From assembly GCA_964016885.1 (NCBI GenBank), contig OZ024740.1, positions 201,190,001 to 201,254,000 of the forward strand: a stretch of 64,000 nt of DNA, read 5' to 3'. Shown here in pieces: positions 51,377-64,000 of the stretch. This DNA comes from Eledone cirrhosa. Lineage: Eukaryota. The position numbers were made by a program, and so were the translations under genes. Every line of letters begins with the position of its first letter. Position 1 is the stretch's first letter. The notes beneath the pieces are model-generated. The model was not told the DNA's origin, made no database searches, and saw only the letters and a list, made by a program, of their open reading frames with translations.

Positions 51377-51396
51377 GGCGCTCTATCTCAAAATTA

Positions 51397-51432
51397 TTTT
51401 TGAAAAGCATTAGAAATGCGCAACCGGTAAAA
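51397..51432 (+). ncRNA. Decayed U3-A8 hammerhead related to 20147-20184
   Basis: TTT-TTGAAAA-GCAT-TAGAA-ATGC-GCAAC-CG-GTA-AAA (GAAA mutated to GCAA). Confidence 0.62.
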
Positions 51433-51540
51433 CTTAAAACCAAAACTGAATACTAACCAATACTATTACTAATTTTTACTTATTCCTAATTAAACTATTT
51501 TTCACTGGGAACAATTTGTCAGCATTTTCTTTTCCGTTTA

Positions 51541-51930
<390 letters not shown>

Positions 51931-52435
51931 AAATATATATATATATATATATATATGAATAAGAGAGACGGTTTTAAATGTGCATCTTCTGTTTAATAGC
52001 GGGTGTTCATATATATATATATGAACATCCGCTTGGCTTAAAACAAACATTAGGGAGAGGAAAGTCGATTACATTTACTCCAATACTCGACTGATGCTTT
52101 ATTTTATTGTTCTCGGAAGGACAAGATGCAAAGTTGGCTTCGACAGTATTTGAACTCCGAACGTTAAAACATGGAACAAATAACACAAAGTATTTTGCCG
52201 ATACTCAAACGATTCTGTCAGTCCATAGTATTAATAAAAATACTCAAAACTACATTTATTTCCCCCAAACAATGTTGCCAAAAAATGTAATATATTTCTC
52301 AGCATGGAAAAAAATATATCTTAGCAATATAATCTAACTTTCTTATCATTGGAAGATGGCGGTGTCTGACGAATGTAATATATTTCTGAAAGACATAACA
52401 CCAGAATATGAGAGTACATGTATTATAATTATTAG

Positions 52436-52692
52436 AAAACAACAACGATGGCAACGATGACAACGACAAATAAGAGACCAACGCCAGCCACTATTACTAT
52501 TACCACCACCAACTTCATTATCACCACTCTCCTTACAACTCTGACAACCAACATGACCAGCCATAACACCACCATTACCATCACCACCAACAACATCGCT
52601 ACCACCATTGCCACCACCAACTACACAGCTACTACCATTGCCACCACCACCACCACAACTATCACAATCATTGCCACTACTACTAACCACAA
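52436..52692. repeat. Degenerate (ACC/ACA/ACT)n low-complexity tract
   Basis: Direct reading. Confidence 0.9.
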
Positions 52693-53032
52693 CTTTCTGT
52701 CAATATAGCCACAGCTTAGTTGTTTCAAAGTAGATATACTTTTTTCGATCTCACATTTTTTCCGGAAGACTGCATGGTGTTTTGATTATTTTTGATAGAA
52801 ATATGTATTTATGAATAAAAAGTTTCAACAAATAAATAATAGTAATAATATGTGTAAAATAAATAGAGAAGCCATGTTGTCTATCCAATGCAATTATTAT
52901 AGCAGTACAATAAAAAATATATTATGGAATGGGGTAAATGTAGGTATGCATATATGCATGTATGCATGTGTGTGGGCGTGCGTGTGAGTGTTTGGGGTGT
53001 GTGTATGTGTGTGTCTGTGTGTCTGTGCCTGT

Positions 53033-53065
<33 letters not shown>

Positions 53066-53203
53066 GAACTTTCGTCTTGCCGTAAAATATTGACTGAAAC
53101 TCTCATAAAAATGCGCTTTCTTTCATACATATCAAATATATATATATATTACTAAATATTACCATGTATTATATATATGTGTGTGTGTGTGCGCATAACA
53201 TTA

Positions 53204-53353
<150 letters not shown>

Positions 53354-53696
53354 TACGTGAAGTTCTGTAGAAACTTGCGGGACGGCGTTACGTTAGATTT
53401 CGGAGAGGAGTACGGCGTTCCTCCACTATTTCAAATAAATCAAATTTTAAATTAACCAATGTAATCACATTCTAAATTCCCACACTTGAAAGACATGTGA
53501 GAAAGATTCATTAATTGCTTCAATTCTTTTTACTATATCTGAACTGCTGAAGCATTATCGCATTACTTGATATATATTTTTAACTGCTTATTTCTTGTAG
53601 GCCGTTTGATTTCTCCGTGCACTTTAATGCATTCTCTATCCTGTCCGTCATGACCGCGTGTCGGTCAGCGCGTTGGCTCCCGTTTACTTATAATAA

Positions 53697-53858
53697 TTGT
53701 TTCTTCTTTTGGCACAAGGCCAGCTATTACCCCAGTGTATTACTGGTACTTTATTTTATCGACCCCGTAAGGATGAAAAGCAAAGTTAACCTCGGCGGGA
53801 TTTCAACTCAGAATGGCAAGGGCCATAACTCAATGCGTCAAAGCATGGCGTCCGACTC
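53697..53858 (-). mobile_element. SINE family 1, 5'-truncated
   Basis: Core and tail match; tail abuts TATAATAAT. Confidence 0.9.
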
Positions 53859-54041
53859 TGGAGAGCGAGAGAGAGACGGAGAAAGAACATCAACACACAT
53901 ACGCAAGTGATAAGACAACGATAGATATTATACACAAGTTATATCTAACTTTTAGATAGTCATTAGTTTAAAACCAGCTATCTATAGCTATCTACCTATG
54001 TATCTATATATCTCCGAACAATAGAATCAAAAGAGTCCATG

Positions 54042-54098
<57 letters not shown>

Positions 54099-54512
54099 CA
54101 GGAATCCAATCTAGCTGTCGTCTGTTCTACAGTGTGGATGTAATTCACTTCGCGCAGAAGTTTTGTTCAAATTTATTGCGGAAATTTTGTGAGTTCAAAT
54201 TTAATTTTGATACAATTGTGTAGCTTGACCCCCCCGTCTGAACTGTCAGGCGGTGGGTCAGCTCATCTTTACCCCTCCTAGAGGTGAAAAACCTGTTTTA
54301 AAAAATTTTGTGGCAAAAAAATTTCAATCGTCTAACAGAAATGTTAAATGCAGCGAACGAAAATAGTGGTGGGGGGACAGCGGTAAGAGTTTTAAGCTCG
54401 CACGCTTTAGTCCCCCCCCTTCCTTCCCAACTAACTAGAGAAGGAAGGAAAAATTAAAATAAAAACAGACGAATCTGCGGAGAAAAAAAATGACGAAAAC
54501 ACAAATCTGGAC

Positions 54513-56238
54513 ATGGATTCCAACAACGAAAAAAAAAAATGTGAAAAATTGCATGACAATACTAATAACACAAACAAAGACACAACAAACACAAAAATAA
54601 TATTTGAAAATAACACCATAACAGAAAGCAAAGCAGACGACAAGATTTCATTTGCACAGAAAACAAAGAAATCTTTGACTTATATACCGGAAAATATTTC
54701 AGATATGGTACGAAGAATCACAGACGCCAAACAATACATAAGTGAAGGAGAGAATGGTATTTTATCGGTAAAAATACCTCAAGAATTCAACAAAGACATT
54801 GAAAGCCGAACGGTCAAGTTTCGGACCATCAACAACAGTACAAAAAAACCTGAACAGCCTTCTCAAGCAGATATCAAAACAGTACTCACAGAAGTACTTA
54901 ATGAAACCACTTTCATAAGAAAAGACAGACTGTATGGAAGCCTAGCAATTATCATGAAGAACGAATCGGCGGCAAAAAAATGTGCTTTGTCACCGATTCG
55001 TTCGAAAAATTTTACCTTTTATCCATCTTATATGGGTAAAAGAACTCAACACATATGGCTGGATGCAATGATGCCAGATGTGGACTACTGCTGGCTCATA
55101 GCTGGCTTCATCGATCCAGTGAATGACAACGTGATTTCCATTGGGAAAACCACAGGCAATGCGTTCAGTGGAACAGGTATAGAGCTGGTAGTGCAAATGA
55201 AGCCTGAACGCATCGCCCAAATAGCCGACAGAATCCTATTAGAGGACCACGGGTATATAAACATTAGCGTGGAGGGGAGAAGGCCGTCCTGCCATATATG
55301 TGCAGGCAGAGGGCACCTGAAGGCCGCTTGTCCCCAACTCAACAAAAAGAAAACCCTGCTACCAACACCAGCTCCATCACCACCACCACAACAGATAAAC
55401 AAACAACAAAACTCAGTCCCACCCAACCCGTCCCTCAGTAAAACCACACCACCACCACAACACAAACAGTCACAACACATTACCCCAAAACAAAATACAG
55501 GCCCACCCAACCTCTCACTCAATAAAACAACACAACCACCGCAGACACAACACACAACACAGTCTAACATAGTGACATCCATCTCCCCCACAAAGAAAAC
55601 CAACACGGAAACATTACCAGCAAACATACCTCTTCCCTCCAACACTGAAGATAACCCAACGAATTCGGAGGAAGAAACGGAGTCCTTCAGACAGATTAAA
55701 AGGAAAAAAAGAAAACATGTGCAAAACACACAAGGCCAAACAACCCCCACCCAAATCTCAACACAATCCAACAAAACAGAAAACACCCCTCCAGCAACAA
55801 ACCAAACCAAACCTGCCCCTCCCCTCTTCGAAACACTCACACCATCCGAAAAAAAAGACATTACACTATACTTACATCAACAGAAACAATAATAAATTAA
55901 ATGAACTCATATACAATAATCCTTCGGTACAAACCGAAGGTGTAAACTTTGTTTCTTCAGAAAACTACCCACATTTAAAACTAATAAAGATCCCAATGAA
56001 CCTCTACCAAAAACTAAAAAGGGATTTTAAGGAGGACGTAAGACCACCCTCTGTCAAACCCATAAACCGCGTCCTACTAAAAAGCTTTCCCCCTCCCCTT
56101 CCCCTCCCCAACACAACTCCAAACACCCCAACCCCACCACACACTGACGACCCCACACCACCACAAGACACCCCTTCACCCAACACCGCCGACCCCATGG
56201 AAGTCGTGCAACCCGAACCCCGGGAAGCGGAAAGGTAG
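54513..56238 (+). pseudogene. Tx1 #4 ORF1 (CCHC knuckle, P/T/Q-rich tail), one frameshift near 55890
   Basis: VEGRRPSCHICAGRGHLKAACP; homologous to ORF1 of #1-#3. Confidence 0.85.
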
Positions 56239-56271
56239 GTCTCTACACTCTCCTTTGGCCCTGCCGCCCAC

Positions 56272-59200
56272 ATGGATGTGTTAAGAGTAGGATGTTTGAA
56301 TGCACGTGGCCTGGGCTCAACTTGGAAGAAAGCAAAGCTTCTAAATGACCTCAAGTCATGTAGTATAAATGTAATGGTTATCTGTGAGACTCGAATCAGC
56401 GTCGTGCGGCAGCTGGCCCCCACCTTCGATGACTTTGAGGTGCATGCATCTCTCTGTCAACCTGGAGGTGGGGGTGGGTTGTCGTACTGCTGCAAAAACA
56501 CCTGGGTCTTGCCGTACAGGTTGTGCACTCGGACCCGGAGGGTCGTTTGTTGGTGCTAGACGTTGGCAGTAGTGAAAGTGCGGCCTTGAGACTGGTCGCC
56601 GTCTACTCCCCTTTCGGAGCTGAACGGCCCGACTTCTTCCAGCGTTTGGAGACTTTTCTGGGAACGTCGCGTTCCCTGCTTCTAGCGGGGGATTGGAATG
56701 ACATCCTAGATGCACGTTGGGACTATGCAGGAGCATGTCCTAATAGAGGGGGGTGTAACAGCCTCAAGGGGTTACTCGACCGTTTTAACTTGGTCGATAG
56801 ATATCGACTAGATTTTCCAACTGTGCCTACCTGGACTTGGAGAAAGCACAGTGGTCAATCTAGATCGTACTTAGATAGATTCTTAGTTAGAAGTAAGGAT
56901 AGGGACATATTAAGCTGTCCAGAAATGCGCACGGTTGGCTACACGGATCACAAATTAGTGACCTGCGTAGTCAATCTCGAGAAAACACATAAACAGGGTC
57001 CCGGTTACTGGAAACTTAATTTGTCTTTACCGGCAAAAGAGACTTACAGAAACCGGATTAGCAGATTAGTTAAGGAGAGGTTGACGGGTGCAATCGTCAA
57101 CAACCGATGGTGGGCATCTCTCAAAAGAGAGATTAGAACAGAATCAATAAGTTATAGCAAGATGTTAGCTGCCGATAGGAATAGAAACGAGAAAGAATTA
57201 ACAGGTAAATTAGAAGAGGCAATCAAGAGCGAAGATGTGGCCAGAGTGCTGGCATCGAGGACGGCCTTGAACATGTTTTTCGATGCAAAGCACGAAGGCT
57301 GCGTCATTCGAAGTAAAATACGTGCTCTATGTAATGAGGGGGCCAAAGCCGTTGGCTGGGCCCGCGTGACAGAAGCTAAGAGTGGAAATCGATCCACCAT
57401 CCGGTCGTTGCAAGACGAAGATGGACGGGTGATCCGGGAGCCTAAGCAGATGTGCGAGGCCTTTCAAAGACACTTTGCCCGATTGTTCGGGGGAGGCGAG
57501 GGTCCGGGTGGGGGCGGGGATTTCGGTCCATACCTCGACGGCCTACCGCGTCTCTCGAGCGAAGAGGCAGAGTCCTGCGAGGGACCAATCTCGGCTGATG
57601 AGATCGGAGATGCGCTGAGCCAATGCAGCAGACGCAAATCTCCAGGTCTCGATGGTTTACCTTACGAACTTGATTTAGCAATGCCGGTCTTCTTCTCCGA
57701 ACTCCTCGAAGCGGTCTACTGCAATTGGAAGCAGAACGGGAGAATTCCTTGTTCTGTAGCCAAGGGCGTAGTCACGCTGGTGAGGAAGGACGAGAACAAG
57801 GGAGATAGTATAAATAATTTTCGGCCCATAACCCTGCTAAACACAGAGTTAAAGATTTTGGCCAAGGTGTTAGCAAAGAGGTTGGCGCTTGTCGTGGGTG
57901 GCCTGGTGGGAGATGCGCAGACATGTGCTATCCCATCCAGGTCCATTCACGATAACCTCCACCTCATGCGATACATCATAGAGAGGGTTGGCAACAAACC
58001 CGGCTTCGGTGGGGCCCTGATCAACTTGGATCAGTCTAAGGCCTTCGATAGGGTCGACCATGGTTACCTGGATGCGGTGCTAGCGGCGGCTGGGTTCGGT
58101 CCTGTTTTCAGAGGCTGGATCACTGCCTTACATAGCAACCACATCTGTTCTAGGATCAAGGTGAACGGCTACCTTTCGAAGCCGTTCGAAATCACACGAT
58201 CCATTCGACAGGGGTGCCCTCTCTCCTCCCTTCTGTACGTATTGACTCTCGAGCCTTTACTGAGGAAGTTGGAGTTGTTGCAGGGTATCCCCCTGGAACC
58301 AGGATTGAGCAAAGCGGTGTCGGCCTACGCCGATGACGTAACAGTAATGGTATCGACCGACTCGGAGATCGAGGCGATCGGTACCTTACTGGAGGAGTAC
58401 GAAAGGTTGTCAGGAGCGAAACTGAACCGGGAAAAATCCATCGGGCGGCAACTCGGAACGTGGAGAGGCAGACCGATGCCTCCTGACGGTGTCGTCGGAC
58501 ACTGGACGGAGGGCCCGGTAAAGTTGCTTGGGGTCTGGTTTGGACCGGACCTCCAGGTGGAAAAGAACTGGAACGAGGTTACGAACAAGGTGTTTGCACT
58601 AACCCAGAAATGGGCCAAGTGTAAGCTGTCCCTAAAAGGCCGGGCGGAGGTGGCGAACATTTACATAGCGTCCGTCACTTACTACCGCCTGACTGTCGTG
58701 CCTTGCCCTAAGGAAACACTCACCACCATGGAACGCATGCTCTTCCAATTTCTTTGGAAGAAGCGCCCTCCTATGGTGAGAAGATCCATCTGCTGCCAAC
58801 AACCTTCGAAAGGAGGGCTGGGGATGCCGTGGTTGATGATGCGTAGGCACGCATTAAGGCTACGGCACCTACAGGTATTCCTCACTGGTCAACCGGTGTG
58901 GGCTCCGTTCGTGAAACGAGCCTTTCCGAGACTCGTCTCGCTCACCGAGCTACAGTCCTGGGTCAAGCAAAGATCCGGAAAACTGGGAGACTGGCACACT
59001 GAGTGTGCTCAGGCGCTCAGGGCTCTCTGGCAAGCGGGCCAGGCCATCGGTGGAGAATCCACCTCATCATTCTATAGAGGGCTGGTGGCTAGCAGGGGCG
59101 ATGACACCCTTGGAGAGTCGCTGGACATGGAAGAAGACGAACTGGCCAGCCTGTTCGGTAGGACTTTCGGCCCAGAACCAATGGACAACTTCCAGAAGTC

Positions 59201-59708
59201 ACTGGCCTGGCAGTGCTACCGGGGGGCTCTACCCGTTCGAGAGAGGCTCTACAGACACGGGCGCCCGGGCAGGGATCCCTCAAAAAAGATTTGCCCTAGA
59301 TGCGTGCGTCACGAAGAAACCGTTGCGCACGCATTGGTGCAATGTCCGGGCGTGGCTGATCTGTGGGGCTACGCCGAACGACTGCTGTCGCGGGTGGCGC
59401 CGATTAAATTGACCGCCGAGTCCGTGATGACAATCAAACCGCCTCCCCTCTTCACAAAGGAAGCAAAGGCGGTTTTTCTGTGCGTAATAGCCATGTTGAA
59501 AGAGGTTGTTTGGTGGACACGATTGAAAGGTCTGAGGTCAGGCAACTTCCTCTCTGGCCATAGTCTGGTCTACTTCTTCCGATATCACTTCGGAAGAAGG
59601 ATAATAATGGAGAGAGAGGTGCTTGGCCACAGGCAGTTTTATGAAAGGTGGGTGATAGTGGCGAGAATGGCTCGTGTAAATGGGCCTTCTCTGTATACCA
59701 TCCTGTAG
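56272..59708 (+). pseudogene. Tx1 #4 ORF2 (APE-RT-Zn finger), one frameshift near 56480
   Basis: LNARGL, ICETR, GDWN, TDH, LDQSKAFDRV, IRQGCPLS, YADD, CPRC..H...C. Confidence 0.94.
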
Positions 59709-59937
59709 GTAAAGAAGTAAAGGAGAGGGGAGCACCTTCTCCATGTGCTCCCCGGGCAAAGGATTGCACACTTTTTCGGGGTGTGTGCAACCCCCATCAC
59801 GTCCCCTCCCTTTTGAGGTTATTTTCGATTATTTTCATGTTACACCCTTTTTACTCGATTATATGTAAACTCCCCCTTTGTATTTGTCCCTTCTTTTTAT
59901 GCCTTTATGGTAAATAAAGAAATATATCTATCTATCT

Positions 59938-61511
59938 CAGGAATACGAAACGTTGACAGGAACAAGACTAAACCCGAACAAGTCTGTCGGTTTGCAACTC
60001 GGTACATGGAGAGGCAAACCCATGTCGTCTGACAGCATTGTTGGGCGCTGGACGGAAGAACCGGGGAAAATGCTCAGGGTCTGGTTTGGTCCAGAATCCA
60101 GGTGGACAAAAGCTAGAACAAGGTTACGGTGAAAGTGTTTGCACTCACCCAGAAGTGGACTGAGTGCAAACTCTCCTTAAAAGGTCGAGCGGAGGTAGCG
60201 AACACTTACATAGCGTCCGTCATCTACTACCGACAAGGCTCTACAGTCGTGCCTTGTCTCCGCGATCACCTCACCAAAATGAAACGTCTACTCTTCAAGT
60301 TCCTTTGGAAGAAAACAGGCTCCATTGGTGAGGAGATCTATCTGCTGTCAACACCCTTTTAACGGAGGGCTGGACATGCCGTAGCTGATGATGCGCAAAC
60401 ACGCGCCGAGGCTACGCCATCTCCAGGTGTTTCTGACCGATGAACTGGTGTGGTTGTCGTTTATGAGACGAGCTTTTCCACAACTCGTCTCGCTAACGGA
60501 GCTGCAGTCTTGAGTCATGCAAAGACCGAAAATGGGTGCCTGGCACCCGAGTGCGTTCAGGCGCCCACAACGCTCTACCTAGCGGAAACGGCAATAAGCG
60601 GAGACTCTACTTCGACGTTCTATAGGGAATTAGTGGAGGTTAAATGCGACGGCGTTCTCGGGGAGACTCTAGGCATCGAAGAGGGCGAACTGGCCAGTCT
60701 GTTCGGGAGGACTTTCCGTCCAGGGCCTATGGATAACTTCCGGAGATCTCTGGCCTGGCAGTGCTACCGCGGAGCTCTACCAGTTCGAGACAAAATCTAC
60801 AGGCACGCACGCCCTGGCAGAGATCCTGCCAAAAGGACCTGTCCAAAATGCGAGCAAGACATTGAAACCGTTCTGCACGCAATTGTTCAGTACCCAGGGA
60901 TGACCGACCTGTGGAATTACGTGGAACAGCTACTGTCACGTGTGGGACACATCCAATTGTCAGCCGAGTCCATCGTGAGGATCACCCCTCCGCCTTCATT
61001 TAAGAATGAAGGAGAGGCGGTTTTCCTCTGTCTGGTGGTTATGGCGAAAGAGGTAATATGGTGGACGAGGCTGAAAGGACTGAGGGCAAGAATCTTCCTC
61101 TCCGGACAATTCATCCCCTTCTTTAAATTCCACTTCAGAAGGAAGGTGAGAGTGGGGAGAGAGGTGCTGCACCCCAGTAAATTCGCTGAAAGGTGGGTGA
61201 ATGTGGCGAAAATGGCCCGAGTGAATGGACCTTCTCCGTATATAAACCTGTAGGTTGAGGAAGACAAAAAGAGAGAAGACGGGAACACCTACAAAATGTG
61301 CTCCTAGTGTTGAGGGTTGTTCTATCTACGGGATGTAAATTAACCACGCAGTACCCCCCCCCCCCTATTGGGGATTTCGATGTTTTTTTTTAATATATAG
61401 TTTATTGTTATTTATTAATGTTAAAGTTTATATGATTTTTATGTAAAACCCCCGCCGTCACGTCTTGTAATGTCTCATTTCTTGTACGTCCTTGTGGAAA
61501 ATAATGAAAGA
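59938..61511 (+). mobile_element. 5'-truncated decayed Tx1 #5
   Basis: Starts at QEYETLTG; ORF2 C-half with stops and frameshifts; 3'UTR ends GAAAGATATGTATC. Confidence 0.92.
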
Positions 61512-61516
61512 TATGT

Positions 61517-62128
61517 ATCCAGGGGTGACCGACCTGTGGTATTATGTCGAACAGCTACTGTCACGTGTGGGACGCATCCAGTTGTCAGCCGAGTCCATCG
61601 TGAGGATCACCCCGTCGCCTTCATTTAAGAATGAAGGAGAGGTAGTCTTTCTCTGTCTGGTGGCTATGGCGAAAGAGGTAATATGGTGGACGCGGTTAAA
61701 AGGACTGAGGGCAAGCACCTATCTCTCCGGACAACTCATCCCCTTCTTTAAGTACGACTTCAGAAGGAAGGTGAGAGTGGAGTGAGAGGTGCTACAGCCC
61801 AGTAAATTCGCTGAAAGGTGGGTGAATGTGGCGAAAATGGCCCGGGTGAATGGGCCTTCTTTGTATATAAACCTGTAGGTTGAGGAAGATAAACAGAGAG
61901 AATACGGCACACCTACAAAACGTGTTCCTGGTCTTGAGGGTTGTACTATCCACGGGGTGTAAAACAACCCCGCAGTAGCGTTACCCCCCCCCCCCTAATG
62001 GTGATTTCAATTGTTTTATTTATATAGTTTATTGTTATTTATCATTGTTAAAAATGTTATGTAAAACCCTCGCCGTCCCGTCTTGTAATGTCCCATTTTT
62101 GTACGCCCCTGTGGCAAATAAAGAAAGA
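61517..62128 (+). mobile_element. 5'-truncated Tx1 #6 (same subfamily as #5) ending in (TATC)n
   Basis: Close match to 60891-61511; TATC repeats at 62129-62144. Confidence 0.92.
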
Positions 62129-62521
62129 TATCTATCTATCTATCCATGTTAGAACTCTTGGTTATCAAATGTTTTAAATATATTAAAAATAAAAGTAGAT
62201 TGAGTCTAATATTTGTTGGTCTGTCTTATATAACCGTAATGTAATTCATTCAAATTCGTTTGTATGTATATTCTTTTTTTAATAAACAGCAGAAATATTT
62301 TTTCAATTTTACATAATGTGCATTTCGGAAATCTAGAAGACTATTTTTTATGGTTATATAATGTTAGATTCCACATAAAAAAGATTAAATTCCTCCCATT
62401 TAAGTACTTGAATATCATAGTTCTGACGACATACTAGGGCAGGAGTAGAGCGGCAGTCTTCAGACGCAAGGGTGAAAAATGCTCACATATATACACACAC
62501 ATACACACACACACATACACA

Positions 62522-62598
<77 letters not shown>

Positions 62599-62626
62599 AC
62601 ACACATACACATACTCTCACACGCAC

Positions 62627-62669
<43 letters not shown>

Positions 62670-62854
62670 ATTTAAACAGATTAAAACCATGGAAATAAAC
62701 CAAAAAATTGTCTCTGGTAAATTTAAAAACCAACTCTGAAATCGAACCTGGTACACTAGGATTTACTTTGGAAAACATGTAATAAAACAAATAGAACCGT
62801 ATATATTATAGAAAAAATTCATTCCTCAATATTTTCAATTCAACATGAAAAGAC

Positions 62855-63146
62855 CGACACTCCGTCGGTTACGACGACGAGTGTTCTAGTTGATCTGATC
62901 AACAGAACAGCTTGCTCGCGAAATTAACGTGCAAGTGGTTGAACATTCCACAGACACGCGTACCCTTGACGTAGTTCTCAGGAAGATTCAGTGTGACACA
63001 GAATGTGTCAAAGCTGGCCCTTCGAATTACAGGTACGACTCATTTTTGCCAGCTAAGTGGACTGGAGCAACGTTAAATAAAGTGTTTTGCTCAAGAACAC
63101 AACGCGCCGCCGGGAATCGAACCCACGACCTTACGATTGTGAGCTG
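62855..63146 (-). mobile_element. SINE family 2
   Basis: Minus-strand GGTTCGATTCCCGG B-box; core and tail shared with 50765-51050. Confidence 0.85.
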
Positions 63147-64000
63147 TCAACATGAAAAATACTATTGAAAACTAATATTTCCGTCCTCTCCTCATAAGAA
63201 TTTGTTTTATTATTTCCTTTCAGTTGAAGAAGCAACTAGGATCATTTGCTATCGATTGCCTCCTATCTGCAGTTCCCAGTTGCATTAGTTTCAATCATTT
63301 GCTAGCAGCTGCCTCATATTTGCAGTTGCCTTCAATAATTGGCTATCGGCCACCAGCTGCCTCTGTGTTGCTGCTGTCCGCAAATATCCAGTGACAGTGG
63401 CTCATTACATCCGCTATCAGTAGGATTAAACTGTAATTACATTAGATATAGCTGCAAGAGTCAGAACCAACACGCAGATGCAGACAAAAATCAGACGAAA
63501 ATCACAAGGGACCAGATAAAACAATTCTCTACCCTCCACCTTGCCTCTATAAACTCTTTTAATCCAACCGATTTCTCCATAGACTTCTACGCACAGTTTT
63601 CCACACCTTATTTTTTCGTTTCTTCCTCTTAATATTCTCACATATCTTTCTGATTTAGGGATAAGGCCAGCAATTTTTTCGGGGAGGGGGGTGGGGGGAT
63701 TCGATTAAATTGACCCCAGTGCGTGACTGGTACTTTATCTTATCGACTGATACTGCCAATCCAATAATAATAATAGTAATAAACGAGAGATATATACTTT
63801 ATATCATCTCTATTTATTTCATTATATATAAGCTGTAAAGTTCTATGTATAACATGAAGCAAAACATGTCCTCCTCACATAAAATACATAGAAAATGTAT
63901 AATGTATTTCCCAATGTGCTGGTAGACAAACGAACTGGACAGATTGGTGACCACCAAGCATTTTCTCCAGCAGTACCGCAGTGAATCCATGAATGAAAAA

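Larger units (their letters stand above)
54106..59924 (+). mobile_element. Tx1-clade LINE #4, full length with 20-bp TSD, in (TATC)n
   Basis: TATCTATCTATCTCAGGAAT at 54086-54105 and 59925-59944; ORF1 + ORF2; AATAAA tail. Confidence 0.96.

Overview
Eukaryotic, AT-rich, microsatellite-dense intergenic or intronic DNA. An animal origin, probably cephalopod/octopus, is inferred from the SINE types and repeat density. No host protein-coding gene can be supported; the window is almost all retroelements. (1) Penelope-like elements (PLEs): one with an intact 905-aa RT + GIY-YIG ORF (Naiad-type CxCx5C linker), a rearranged multi-copy PLE array at 1.2-6.55 kb, and many non-coding pLTR derivatives, often as near-perfect palindromes. 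(2) Tx1-clade (L1 group, APE-RT) LINEs in two same-orientation clusters, one tied to (TAA/ATT)n and one to (TATC)n tracts. (3) R4/Dong-like RT-RLE LINEs. (4) Two tRNA-derived SINE families. Reading both strands shows about a dozen type I hammerhead ribozyme motifs from several PLE-related families, including U3-A8 and U4C core variants and long loop-II insertions, with stem covariation between copies. An 18.5-kb nested Tx1/Dong array sits in a (TAA)5 tract in one arm of a PLE palindrome whose other arm preserves the empty site. One SINE family shares its 3' tail and an 18-bp TSD signature with the ATT-targeting Tx1. All calls are by-eye motif reading; no searches or folding were run, and coordinates of decayed elements are approximate.
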